Notes: a model not told the origin generated them from the letters alone. Shown: positions 23,385 through 35,217, numbered from the stretch's first letter. The stretch: DNA of 64,000 nucleotides from Utricularia gibba (GCA_002189035.1 CM007989.1:2046001-2110000); one strand, 5' to 3'. Made by a program: numbers and translations.

Positions 23385-26300
23385 ATGGGATTTCTGAGTA
23401 CTGTGTTTGGTTTATGTGGGTTCGGCGTTGGGATTTCTGTTGGTGCGGGCGCCGGATATCTTTTCTTCATCTACTTTCAATCTATCGATGTCAAGGTAGT
23501 TTTCTCTATCAACTCTGTCGATGGAGTTTGCGGTTTCGTGTACTGCTTTTTCTTCACGTAGTATTGTAGCGCGCTTTTTCGGTGGCCTTTTAGTTTCCGG
23601 TAGTTTGCCCTGTCCTTCGTTGTGGTGACTGTGGATGGAGGAAACAGGAAAGACAGCGTATGTTCGATGCTGATCCATTTGTCCTTTTCGGTTTTTTGAG
23701 TATATGTATCGGATTATGTTTGGATTAGCCTCAGAAGTGTCTGTTAGAAGATCATGCCCATCTTTTCATGGATTGCTCTTTTTAATTCTTCATAATGTTC
23801 ATGAACTTCCTGCATTAATATTTTGGCTGTTGCTGACTGTAATTGAAGATTAGCATATCATGTGTAGACGGTTTTTGAGTGGTTAAGATATGATGTGCAG
23901 TTCTTGAACCAGTTTCTGAATTTTCTTTTTCAGGATCCAGTCATTAAACCACTGGTCGATCATGATTCAAAAAATTTACAGCGATTCCTTCCAGAAATAC
24001 CATTTTGGGTGAAGAATCCAGATTACGACCGTGTAACCTTTCTCACCTTTATTTGGGTTTCCCACATTTGTATCTCTCTGTCTTTTCTGTGACATTTTAT
24101 CTGATATCATAGGTTGACTGGCTCAACAAGTTTTTGGAGATCATGTGGCCTTACCTGGATAAAGTAATCGTTGTTTCGAGCATCATTCACCCTTTATTAC
24201 TAGGACTACATGCCATTTCAGCAGTTTTGCTTCCAATTCGTGTAACTTTTGTAGGCTATATGCAAGACAGCTGAAAACATAGCTACACCGATTATTCGTG
24301 AGCAAGCTCCTAAATATAAGATTGACTCTGTTAACTTTGCGTCTTTGACTCTGGGATGTCTGCCACCCACTTTTCAAGGTACATCAAGCTACTTTTTGGC
24401 TTTATCAAGTGCTTTTTGCATAGGACAGAAGCACTTTTGGGTGGTGGCTTTTACGTTTAGAACCCATTGTATGCTTGCTGTTCGTGTTTGTGTTCAACAT
24501 GTTTTGATGGCTCACTGTATTTTCATGCATTATAACTTTATATGCTCTCCGTATGTAGGCATTAAAGTTTACCTTACTGAAGAAAAAGAGTTGATCATGG
24601 AGCCTTGCATCAAGTGGGCAGGCAATCCTAATGTAACTGTTGCAGTGAAGGCATATGGACTGAAAGTAACTCTTCAGGTTGCTTGCTTCCTTGCTGCTTT
24701 GGTGGTTTCATGACAACTTAGAGATAACAAATTCTCATATGGATCATTCTACTCAAGTGTTTTTCTTCTTGAATCTACCCTGTGTTTTCTTATTTATGCG
24801 CAGAAAGACTACCATCTTTATAAACATCGGAACATTTAGCTTTCAGAAAGGCCAAATAACAAATTTTTCTATGCTGTTGCAGGTAGTGGATATGCAGGTT
24901 TTCATTCATCCACGGATAACTCTGAAGCCTCTGGTTCCAAGTTTTCCATGTTTTGCCAAAATCTATGTATCGTTGATGGAGAAGGTAGCCACATCTATGT
25001 GATAGAAGAAGTTGCAAAGTGCTTCACAGTTGAACAAAAATGAAAATTGATCTTCCCATGTATTCATTTTTTTTTTTCATTTCTTTATTCTCAGCCTCAT
25101 ATTGACTTCGGACTCAAGTTCGCTGGGGCAGATGTCATGTCAATTCCTGGACTCCACCATTATGTGCAGGTACCATTGTCTTACATTGTGCCTTGAGACA
25201 GTGAATATGGTCTCTCAATGTGATCAAAGTTCTATGAGAGGAAAAAACAGTAACAATGAATGTTAGATATAAAGAAAGTCCGTTTTAACGGGGATTACAT
25301 ATTCTATTTCATCTTTTTTGCGATAACCAGTAGATGCATTTGTTTTTCTTCAGCAACTCTGAAATATCTGGTGTTTGTATTGCATTTTCGACCTGATGTT
25401 TGGCTGGCTATGTTCTCTAGTTCTTCTCTTTTTTTTTGGATATTGAAAAGGATTTATGCACAGGAGCTTATCAAGGATCAAGTTGCCAGCATGTATCTCT
25501 GGCCTAAAACTCTTGAAGTTGAAGTCCTTGATCCCACAAAGTATGCATCTTCCTGTGATTTGAATATACGTTGAACACTCTTATTTTGGTTTCTAATGTA
25601 AAAGCTAATTCAATGTCACATGCCAATCAGAGCCATGAAGAAGCCTGTTGGAGTTCTCCATGTAAAGGTTTTGCGCGCTATGAATTTGAAGAAGAAAGAT
25701 CTGATGGGAGCATCAGATCCCTATGTAAAGCTGAACCTCACAGAAACTAAGGCTCCATCTAAAAAGACCACAGTGAAGCACAGCAATCTGAACCCTGAGT
25801 GGAACGAAGTCTTCACCCTGGTTGTAAAAGATCCTGAAACACAAGTTTTGGAACTCACTGTTTATGACTGGGAGCAGGTAGTTAATGCATTGCAAACTAT
25901 TGATCCTTAGAGCCAAGCTGATTTTATTGTTTCCTGATCAGATAAGCAAACATGATAAGATGGGCGTGAACGCTGTTCCCTTGAAGGAGCTTGTGCCTGA
26001 TGAGCCAGTGGTGAAGACGTTTGATCTTCTCAAGACACTGGACCCAAATGATCCTCAAAATGATAAAACTCGTGGACAGATCGAGCTGGAGTTGACATAC
26101 AAGCCTTTCAAGGAGGATGAAGCACTCAACGATGTTGAAGATTCAGATGCAGTTCAAAAGCCCCGTGAAGATGCACCAGATGGTGGTGGAGTGCTTGTGG
26201 TTACAATATATGAAGCTCTAGAACTTGAAGGAAAGCATCACACGAACCCCTACGCCCGCATCATCTTCCAAGGCGAAGAGCGGAAAACAAAGGTGTGCTG

Positions 26301-26862
26301 TTTTTATTTTAAACAACTGCTAGGAATTTGTGGTTGAGCATCAAACTTTTCTGGGTTTCATCAGCTTCCCTGCATCATCTCTCTCTGTTCCTGACTTGCC
26401 TCTATTTCCACAGCAAGTGAGGAAAAACCGGGATCCAAGGTGGGATGAGGAATTCACATTCATTCTTGATGAGCCGCCATCGAAAGAGAAGCTGCACGTG
26501 GAGGTACTCAGCACCTCAACCAAGATCGGCTTACTACATCCAAAGGTATTTACCAATACCATCCATCCTTGACATTGTTTTCATGGTAGAAGGCTTGAAG
26601 AGTGTGATGCCAACTTGTTCGAATGGACCCATTTTACATCTGGCTTCGCCTGCACGATGATCAAAACACCCACATTGAGCTGCAGCTTATCTTCTGATAT
26701 ACTGAAGTTTGTGGGAGTTGATGTGACAATCAGGAAACCTTGGGCTATGTGGATATCGACCTGAGCGATGTCGTCTCCAACCGGCGAATAAACGAGAAGT
26801 TCCATTTGATAGACTCCAAGAACGGACGCATCCAGGTGGAGCTGCAGTGGCAAACCTCCTGA
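23385..26862 (+). CDS. SYT1: Plant synaptotagmin (SYT1/SYT2-like: TM, SMP, two C2 domains), 538 aa, intact
   Basis: 12 in-frame exons: 23385-23495, 23934-24032, 24113-24163, 24255-24378, 24559-24677, 24883-24984, 25095-25169, 25464-25540, 25631-25877, 25942-26292, 26414-26545, 26734-26862. Motifs: PEIPFWVKNPDYDRVDWLN, KKKDLMGASDPYVKL, KNRDPRWDEEF, SKNGRIQVELQW. Confidence 0.94.
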
Positions 26863-27199
26863 GTTCTTCCAAGTCCGTACATGATGGCTGCTTGCTGGTG
26901 TGCCGGAGCTCACCCTTATTTACTACATGTTTGGCTTCCTTTTTTCTGAAGAACAATATACTTGTGGGACTTCTGTTTTGAGAAATACAAAAATGAAAGG
27001 AAATTAAAGCAGAGTAGCCGCGCATCTCCATTTTATACTCTGCTACTTCGTTGTGCAGGCACCTAGCCGAGAAGGCGTCGTCGGTTTATTAAACCAGAAG
27101 GTAAAAGCTAAGCATTTTATTCTTCTGTCATCCATTAACATAACAGATTAAACACTCTTCGTTCACTGGATACAAGTTACAGACGGCATTGGCAATGCA

Positions 27200-27460
27200 C
27201 ATGATCACATATCTTGTCTGTGATATAAACAATCAGTTCAGAAAAAAGAGAAAAAAATGGGAGCTTCATCTAAAAGTGGGAGAGAACTTACTGAAGCCTT
27301 CCAATGAGTTCGTAACTGAACTCGTGAATAATACTGAGACCTTCACCACGCACGGAAAGAATTCCAACAGCAACTTCCTCAGTCATCTTCGTGACTCTCT
27401 TGGCTCTCCACAGTTCTCAAACACGGTCATTTGCAGATCAGTCAGAGGGACGGAAGATGG
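27200..27460 (-). pseudogene. ERD7/senescence-domain gene fragment with internal deletions
   Basis: Matches about 29890-30180, joined directly to the ERD7 3' UTR (GCACATGATC|ACATATCTTG); most of exon 3, exon 4 and part of exon 2 are missing. Confidence 0.85.
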
Positions 27461-27799
27461 GCTGTAATTTGAGCACTTTGGATTTGCAATTTTTTCAAGA
27501 TGCGTTCTTTCATGGTGGACGAACCATTAACAGGCAACCATGAAAGATCATTTGGAAACAGTTACAGACATGGCCAAAATGAAACACTGCTTCATTGAAT
27601 TCGCAATTCCATGAGGAAAGAAGAAGAAAATCTAGTGTTTGCCCTTCAATTAAAGTGCAAACTACCTAGCATGGCTCCTTGTGAGATTATTAAGACCAAA
27701 TGAAAGCAATATTTCTAAAACAGTGAATTCTATCAGAAGACAGTGAACTGCGCTTTTGACAATGGAGACGATTTCGCACCATCTTCATCTTCCGCACGA

Positions 27800-28948
27800 T
27801 TAGAGAAGGGCAACATCATTTCCAACTAGAAAGCCATTATCGTAGCAGTAAGGCCACGATGAATGAGGCAACATCATCTGCGGTTGGAATGGAGGCATAC
27901 CCGATGATTCAAAATTCCATATTGCGGGATGGAGAGCCATGCTTTCTTGAACTGGGAAATTGACCGTGTCCACTGCTTGAGTTGCCCTCATCTGCTGCTG
28001 AAACCATGCGACCTCAGGGGTTCCGAAGTTCCACATTCCGGGATAAAGATCCCCGCTTTCTTGAACTGTAAAACCCGCAACGGCCCCTGCTTGAATTTCT
28101 TGCGGCTGAAACTGAATCATGTTAGATGATTCAAGGTTCCACATTCCGGGATAACGATCCCCGCTTTCTTGAACTGTAAAACCCGCAAAGGCCCCTGCTT
28201 GAGTTTCTTGCGGCTGAAACTGAATCATGTCAGATGATTCAAGGTTCGACATTTCAGGATATAGATCCCCGCTTTCTTGAACTGTAAAACCCACAACAGC
28301 CCCTGGTTGAGTTTCTTGCCGCTGAAACTGAACCATGTCAGATGACTTCCACATTTCAGGATAAAGATCCCCGATTTCTTGAACTGCAAGACCCGCAAGT
28401 TGAGTTTCTTGCGGCTGAAACTGAAACATGCAAGATGATTCAGGGTTCCACAGCTCGGGATAAACATCCCTGCTTTCTTGAACTGTAACATTCCCTGCTT
28501 GAGTTGCCATTATGGTGTCTATCCATCGTTCGGCCGTGTCGATCTTAGCCTTCAGCAACTCAACAAAACATTCCAACTCCCCTCCCGACAACGAACCAAT
28601 CCCTTCATCATAGACAGAGTGGTTGTCCTGGTTGTTCTTTTCCGTCATCTGCTCTGTCTGATCCTTGAACAAATCAGACAAGTGATAGGTTTTGGTTCGA
28701 GAACCATAACCCCCCTTTCTGGACTCGTAGCACTCTATCAATCTTTCAAGAACTTCCGGTTCAGGAGGCCACACCGATGGCTCATTGGATTCTCCAAAGG
28801 GATCCTGAATGATCATCCCAACCTCCACATCACAAAGAACAGAGAGCTCGGAAGCAGATTTTTCAAGGGCCTTCTTCCTTTTCTGAAACGCCCTTCTCCG
28901 TTCCTTCTCACTTCGTATCAGTTCCATGCGCAACTTCGCTCTTCCCAT
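27800..28948 (-). CDS. Type I MADS copy 4, intact, 382 aa, 6 repeat units
   Basis: Uninterrupted ORF from MGRAKL... to ...GNDVALL*, with an in-frame upstream ATG at 29008. Confidence 0.88.
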   Translation of the reverse strand: MGRAKLRMELIRSEKERRRAFQKRKKALEKSASELSVLCDVEVGMIIQDPFGESNEPSVWPPEPEVLERLIECYESRKGGYGSRTKTYHLSDLFKDQTEQMTEKNNQDNHSVYDEGIGSLSGGELECFVELLKAKIDTAERWIDTIMATQAGNVTVQESRDVYPELWNPESSCMFQFQPQETQLAGLAVQEIGDLYPEMWKSSDMVQFQRQETQPGAVVGFTVQESGDLYPEMSNLESSDMIQFQPQETQAGAFAGFTVQESGDRYPGMWNLESSNMIQFQPQEIQAGAVAGFTVQESGDLYPGMWNFGTPEVAWFQQQMRATQAVDTVNFPVQESMALHPAIWNFESSGMPPFQPQMMLPHSSWPYCYDNGFLVGNDVALL

Positions 28949-29019
28949 CTTCCAAAACGATGTCTTGGCAAGAAGAGAGTTATCAACACAACTGAAACTC
29001 TCATTCATATACTACTACA

Positions 29020-29152
29020 TTGTTTCCTTCATTAGTCTTTGATCGCAAAGACTCATTAAGGAAACAAGATCTGTTGGCGCGGGGTATATTTTCTCTACGA
29101 TGCCAAGGTAGTCTTTGACCGCAAAGACTCATTAAGGAAACAGTATCTGTTG
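29020..29152. repeat. Imperfect hairpin (29020-29067) plus a direct duplicate of its core and right arm (29110-29152) flanking a synaptotagmin exon-1 remnant
   Basis: GTCTTTG-ATCG-CAAAGACTCATTAAGGAAACA is repeated as GTCTTTG-ACCG-CAAAGACTCATTAAGGAAACA. Between them lies TCTGTTGGCGCGGGGTATATTTTC...GATGCCAAGGTAG, resembling SYT exon 1. Confidence 0.85.
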
Positions 29153-29164
29153 ATTGTCTGTTCA

Positions 29165-29450
29165 AGTTCCATTTGATAGACTCCAAGAACCGACGGATCC
29201 ACGTGGAGCTCCTGTGGCTGCCTCCTGACCTGTCCGAAGTCCGATCAAGATGGCTGCTTGCTGGTGTGCCGGAGCTCACCCTTATATATTACATGCTTGG
29301 CCTCCTTTTTTCCAAAGAACAATATACTTGTGGGACTTCTGTTTTGAGAAATACAAAAATGAAAGGAAATTAAAGCAGAGAAGTCGTCGTCGTCGTCGGT
29401 TTATGAAACTGCGATCGGAACGCCGCGGTGAACCAGAAGGTGAAGGCTAA
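29165..29450 (+). pseudogene. Synaptotagmin last-exon and 3' UTR duplicate
   Basis: AAGTTCCATTTGATAGACTCCAAGAACCGACGGATCCACGTGGAGCT... is homologous to about 26797-27110. Confidence 0.85.
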
Positions 29451-29571
29451 GGATTTTATTCTTCTGTCATCCATTAACTACACGAAGCTACAACAAACAG
29501 ATTAAACACTCTCCTTTCACTGGATACAAGTTACAGACGGCATTGGCAATGCACATGATCTCGATCATGAA

Positions 29572-31113
29572 TCACCATTTGCTGAGTTTGGGTTGCATGG
29601 CAGCCTTGGCAAGACGAGTGGGCTTCAAAGCGCCTTTAGGATTCAACGCCTTGCGTATCTTGAAGACTGCCCAGGCAGCCCCAATCGCATGCCCCGCTGC
29701 ATCTAGTCCTTCATTCGTCATCTTCCCCGCTTCTTCTCCGTACCTGCAAACATCCAATCTCATTAGCATTGTTTCTGGGTTTATTTGTGGATGCTTCTAT
29801 AGTTGACGTTGTAAGACCTTTGGGAGACCAGCCCTGTTGTTACGACTGAAGTTGTTGACATGACGTTCTTCCCGGCGACTTCAACAGCATCACATATCTT
29901 GTCTGTGAGATAAACAACCAGGTAAGAAAAAAAGAGAAAAAAAATGGGAGCTTTATCTGAAAGTGGGCGGGAACTTACTGAAGCCTTCCAATGAGGCAAG
30001 CACAATTTCACCAGGAAGAAGGCTGAAGAACTTCTGCCCTGCTTTTGAGTTCGCAACTGAACTGGTGAAGAATCCTGAGACCTTCACCACACCGGAAAGA
30101 ATTCCAAGAGCAACTTCCTCAGTCCTCTTCGTCACTCTCTTGGCTCTGCATAGTTCTCAAAGACGGTCATTTCTAGATCACACAGTCATAAAGGAAGGAA
30201 TTTATGCACTAAATGCAATAGATTTGTGTACCTCTGGACTCTTCTCATTGCCTGGGGCTGACTTCAGATACGGGCCCTTTACCCACTCTCTTTTTCAAGA
30301 ACTCGTTACCCCATTTGAGACGATCCACAGTCACATCTCCACACCAGAGTATGGCTCTGATGACCATCCCTGAGCCAGAAGCTATCATCCTCGCAAAGCT
30401 TCCGCTGAAGTCATCTACATTGGGAGCCAGAGTTGTCCAATATGCAGAGGCGCTTTTCTCTATTTCCTCCTTATTCTCCACCATCTCCGCCGGAGAAACC
30501 TTCTTCGCCACACTGCCCCACCATTCCTTGTCCTTTGCTGTCGCCTTCTCGGCCTTGAAAGCGCTGAATTTCTCGAGGAGCGAATCCAATTCCTTCAAGG
30601 ATTTTTCCTGCCCCTTCGCGGCTATCGTCAAACCGTAATTCAAAATGGTGTCGGTGGTCGAGTCTCCGGCTTCAGGAGGAGCCCTGAGAGTAAAAAAGTA
30701 ATGGGATTCATCGAGCTTCACTGCAGCTTCATCTCTCGCAAGCGGCCACTGAATCTCTTCTCCCACTCGCGCCAAGGCAGCTACGATGTTACCCCCCTGC
30801 TTCAACTGAACTATGGAGAACTCACCGCTCGCAAGCTCAACACTTTGGTCTTCGTCGATCAAGTGCACCAACGCACCAGGGATACGAATGATCACTTCCT
30901 CCGATGAATCAAACGAAGCAGGATTCATTGACACTTTCCCCCTTTCCTCCTCCTCTTCTTCCCGAAACAGGTTTTCTGCCAAATCTTTGATTTCAACCGA
31001 GGGATATAAAGAGGTCTTCCCCGTAGGATTCGAACAGAACGGAGACTCGGAATCGGGATTGGTCGAAATGACTTGTGGGTATAGCGAATCGCTCTTCTTC
31101 CAGAATTCTCCAT
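29572..31113 (-). CDS. Senescence/dehydration-associated protein (ERD7/At4g35985-like, spartin senescence domain), two apparent -1 frameshifts
   Basis: Motifs SLYPQVI, SLYPSVEIKDLAENLF, EEVIIRIPGALVHLID, IQWPLARDE, YWTTLAPNVDD, ILWCGDVTVDRLKWG and GHAIGAAWAVFKIRKALNPK. Exons about 31113-30232, 30145-29990, 29913-29817 and 29744-29572. Shifts lie near 31100 and at 30254-30257. Confidence 0.85.
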
Positions 31114-32662
31114 ATGTGTGCGTAATGATGATACAGATCGAGCTTGGATTTTCTCTTCGTGCTATTTAAATGGAGTGAATCTTCTGACAGAAGAAAGGAA
31201 TGAAAAACTGAAAAAAAAAACAAAAAACAAAAGGAAACCCCCACAGGCCACAGCACACAAACACACGGTGACTTCGCTACACGTCGCGGCGATCGGAATA
31301 AAAAAACACAGCCCGCGTTGCAACCGCGGAAATCAGTCACCGACATTTAAAAGCCCATCTCACGGAATACGCGTGGGCTTCCGGTATCCTGGCCCAGCCG
31401 GGAGTACCAACTCGGTGGGTACGAATACAAGTCAATTCAAATGTCTTTCGGGTTGATCCGTGACTCATAACTATGTCGATCCATCTATACATATTCATCG
31501 AATTGTAATTTTTTATGGTGATTTGATGGGTTCAACCAGTTAACAGTTGGATTTATGATCTCTATATCACCCCTCTTAAGTAAATCATAAAATGTTATTT
31601 GTAAATCCAAATAATCATAAATTAAATATATTATTGTAAATAAATTTTTGTTTCACGCTTTTTAAATTCAAACAATTTAAATCTCAATAATTTTTATGGA
31701 ATTATCTAATATCAACCCTATCTACATAATAATGGTCTTGTTTACACATTTGTCGTCAAGCTCAATCAAGAGATCAACCCCGTAAAAAAAGCACACAAAC
31801 AATTTTAACAGATGGTGCTTAGTTCACCCAAATAAGCATGCGGTGTTTGTTATGGAGCCAGATCAGTGTCATTGAGAATTCTCCCTCAAATCCTATGGCC
31901 TGAAGTCATGAAGGAGCATCTCCTGGCTGGGGACGAAGGCCCCCTTAATGCTCTATTCATGAAACCTCCTTCCTGTGGGATCTGCTGACATCAACACATG
32001 GCCAATAAGCATACATACTTGCCCACCTCAACGGGTTAGCACATGTTCTGAGATCCATGCTTGGTAACAGGGAAGAAGAGAGCAGCAACAAGAAATAAAT
32101 GAGAAGACTGCAAGGTCGATGATAGACATACAAGATAAATGATCCCGGGCTCAGATATCGAGCACCTTGGTGGATGATTCTTCATGGGGAATGTGCGGGT
32201 GATAACACCAGCAATTTTCATTAGAATGGATGAGATTAGATGGCTTTGGTTTTAATCTAAGAAAGAGAGATGGAGGAACAGAGGAAGGCACGAGAGGTAT
32301 GGGAGGAGGACAGGAGAACATGGCCGGGCGGCCACCCTGAGTAAAAGCTGCAGGGGTGTACAATCTGTCTTTGACCATTCCAAAAATAAAAAAGAGAAGA
32401 CCATCCTTGAGTGAAATATTCAATTTTAACAAAATGCAACTTCAGATGGACAAAATCTGTCGAAGAAACGATAATATAAAGATGCAGCAAGAAGAAGAAA
32501 AGATCTACACCCAGTATAGGCACACTGAACTATACATGAAGCTCAGTCGTTGCTACACAAAGGAATAATCACCGATTCTCCACGGGCAAGCCAACTACTA
32601 GTAAAAAAAACGACCCAACTCCAAATCCAGACGGAAAAAAACAAGCAGCAACCGTCCAGAGA

Positions 32663-33190
32663 TTAACGGCTAGGATTTGGGCAGTCACGAGCAAAATGCC
32701 CATCTTCACCGCATGAGTAGCAGCCCCCTCCACCGTACCTTCCGCCTCCTCCACCGCCACCGCCGTCACCCTGCGAGCAATCTCTCGCCATATGACCACT
32801 CTCACCGCATTTGAAACAGCCCCCTCCACCGCCGCCGCCTCCACGAGGACCGCCGCCACGGCTGCCACTGTTGTAGCCGCCGCCGCCGCCACTGTTGTAG
32901 CCGCCGCCGCCACCGCCGCCGCCTCTTCCCCCGTAAGATCCACGGGTGCTCCCCTGGACCTGCGAGCCACCGGGTCCGGTGACATTCCACGCCTTAGCGC
33001 GGCCGTCGTTGCCGTGCTCCACGACATACTCAACAGCTTCGCCATCGGCAAGGGTGCGAAAACCTTCAGCCTTTATGGCGCTTTGGTGAACAAAGAGATC
33101 CTCGCTGCCATCGTCGGGGGTGATGAAACCGTAGCCCTTCTCGACGCTGAACCACTTCACAGTCCCCTTTTTCACATCTCCGTCCGCCAT
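32663..33190 (-). CDS. CSP2: Cold-shock domain protein with Gly-rich linker and two CCHC zinc knuckles (CSP2/GRP2-like)
   Basis: Intronless. [30 protein letters not shown], then [14 protein letters not shown] and [14 protein letters not shown]. Confidence 0.96.
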   Translation of the reverse strand: MADGDVKKGTVKWFSVEKGYGFITPDDGSEDLFVHQSAIKAEGFRTLADGEAVEYVVEHGNDGRAKAWNVTGPGGSQVQGSTRGSYGGRGGGGGGGGYNSGGGGGYNSGSRGGGPRGGGGGGGGCFKCGESGHMARDCSQGDGGGGGGGGRYGGGGCYSCGEDGHFARDCPNPSR

Positions 33191-33196
33191 CTCGAA

Positions 33197-33473
33197 AAAC
33201 CCTAGAAATTCCTTCACTCTGAAATTTGTCAAATATCAACGCCCTTATATATAGCCGCCTCCAATGTGCGGATTTCATTCTTCGTATAAACTGATTGAAA
33301 ATTCCTAGGTGGGGTCCGGATTAATCTCTTATTTCACCTTTCCGAGAAAATCGGACGGTCCTTATGCAAGCACTCTTCTCATCCACCGTCGATATGAAAA
33401 ATAATTCTCACAAGGCCTATAAAACATTAAAAATATATTAATGGACCCGGCCCAAAATGTACGGCCAGGCCCA
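33197..33473. promoter_or_regulatory. Telo-box and site II elements upstream of the cold-shock protein gene
   Basis: AAACCCTA at 33197-33204, a TATA-like tract near 33246-33253, and GGCCCA at 33449 and 33468. Confidence 0.6.
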
Positions 33474-34260
33474 TCAGAAAAACCACGGTGTTCAACGGCG
33501 GCGATAGCAGGCAAGAGGAAGAGGACGCTACCGGTGCTACATGTAGAGTCTCCTGTTTCCTTATTTGCAAGTTAAGGCAAGTTTTAGGGCCGTCCACGTT
33601 AGCAGCAGAGTGCCCTCCATGCGTCGTTGCAGACCACGGAATCCTACCTCACCATTGGAGGTGCATCCTGCAAAGCAGATTCAGCTGCCCTTTACAGTTC
33701 GGTATGAACTTTTTTGAACCTCATCGGTTTCATTGTAGTTCTTCCAGCTGATCTTTTGGTGTATTCTTTACCATGATTCGCGCTTTGGACCACAGTTTGG
33801 CAGCGTTTAACTATTCCATCTGTGGGTATTGTAGCAGATACCTGGAACCTTCCTGGTGAAGGGAACATTGCTTCAGAAGGAAAGCTCCATTTCTGGTTTG
33901 TTTTCTGCAGTTTTCCATCAGCTGGAAGAGTTTCTAACGTCCAAGACCTGTTCTGAAAGCACTGCCACCACAACTACTTGTTGATGAGCAAATTGTTTTC
34001 CATGCAGTCTTCTCAATTCCCTCCCAAGTTCAGTACATCTAACACTCACTCCAGGCAAAGAGAAAATTCACATTTGCTCATTCACCCACCTGCGCAGTTT
34101 TGAAGTGTCCCTGCAAGTGTTTAGAAATAGGAAACTATTTATCGTTTATGGAACACACAGGCCACCCATTGCTCCATTTACAGTTCCAAGCATATGAGCA
34201 AACAGTTGAGAAATGAATAGGGCAAATTCACATAATGAATTGAAGATGGGGGATGATGAT

Positions 34261-35217
34261 TCAAGCTTTCCCTTCAATCCTCGCCCTCGTTAGCCCGGCG
34301 CACGCATCCACCAAACCCTCATCAATAAAATCCGTTGACAGTATCTGCAATCTATCAGCAAATCCCCGCGCAAAGCATTGGGCAATGAACATCCTCGCGT
34401 AAGCATGGATCCTACCAGTTACAGGCTTCACGCACAGAATTGGGTTGTCTGCCTGCGGTGTCACCGTGTTCTCTACCCGATAAAAGAACCTCCGCTCTTG
34501 CACCGGCGGCTGCTGACCCAGAAACTTCAAGTTGCTCTCGAATTTCGTCGATGGCAGATCCGTATCTATCCAGTTATCTTTTAAGTACCCTGCACTCCAC
34601 AAGTGGCTCCCGCCTTTCGGTTGGGGTGCTTTTCTCGGCTTCCAGATGCAAATCACTCGCTTTGGGAGAAGTTCTAAGATGGTTTTGTTGAATACTTGAT
34701 CGTCTTGGTGGATCAGATACTCCCCCAGCGTATCTTCAAGGTACTTGTCGAATTCCGGTGGGTCGTCATGTCCGAACTCCGTCCGAATCTCCAGAATCAC
34801 GATCTCCGATTCCGTCTCCCCGAGAAATCTCTTAACCTCGTCGATCACCACATCAACAGAGTAGCTGAGTAGGATTCCATGGCAAACGCGGCGATCTTCC
34901 TGAACGCGGATGTCTAGCACCCTGGCCCCTGTTTTCAGTTGTTCATATATCGACAGAGATTGACACTGCGCAAAAGGACGCGTTATCAAGGGGATCCCAA
35001 TCTTGTTGGTTGCAGAATCATGGGTTCCCGGCCAGACAATCTGGTTGATCCGAAGCTTTTCTGGTCCAATGCCCGCCATCCAGTTCTTCCTGTCAGAAGG
35101 AGGGTAGTCGGATCCAGGGAACACGGTTCCGCCATTTTCTTGGAGATCAACGAGGAGTTTCTTCTCCGAATGAATAGATTTTCTTCGCTCCACCTGTTTG
35201 GAGATCACAGCTCCCAT
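34261..35217 (-). CDS. PI-PLC X-domain (PLC-like phosphodiesterase) protein, single exon, 318 aa
   Basis: Motifs WPGTHDSAT, QCQSLSIYEQL, GARVLDIRV, CHG, EIVILEIRTEFGH and WIDTDLP. Confidence 0.92.
   Translation of the reverse strand: MGAVISKQVERRKSIHSEKKLLVDLQENGGTVFPGSDYPPSDRKNWMAGIGPEKLRINQIVWPGTHDSATNKIGIPLITRPFAQCQSLSIYEQLKTGARVLDIRVQEDRRVCHGILLSYSVDVVIDEVKRFLGETESEIVILEIRTEFGHDDPPEFDKYLEDTLGEYLIHQDDQVFNKTILELLPKRVICIWKPRKAPQPKGGSHLWSAGYLKDNWIDTDLPSTKFESNLKFLGQQPPVQERRFFYRVENTVTPQADNPILCVKPVTGRIHAYARMFIAQCFARGFADRLQILSTDFIDEGLVDACAGLTRARIEGKA

Noticed and set aside
22017-29035. Two identical 185-aa plus-strand ORFs (22017-22574 and 28478-29035)
   Set aside because: Antisense shadows of the near-identical MADS3 and MADS4; used only as evidence of sequence identity.
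32569-33205. Long Ala/Val/Thr-rich ORFs overlapping the cold-shock gene
   Set aside because: Alternative-frame and antisense shadows of GGN-rich codons.
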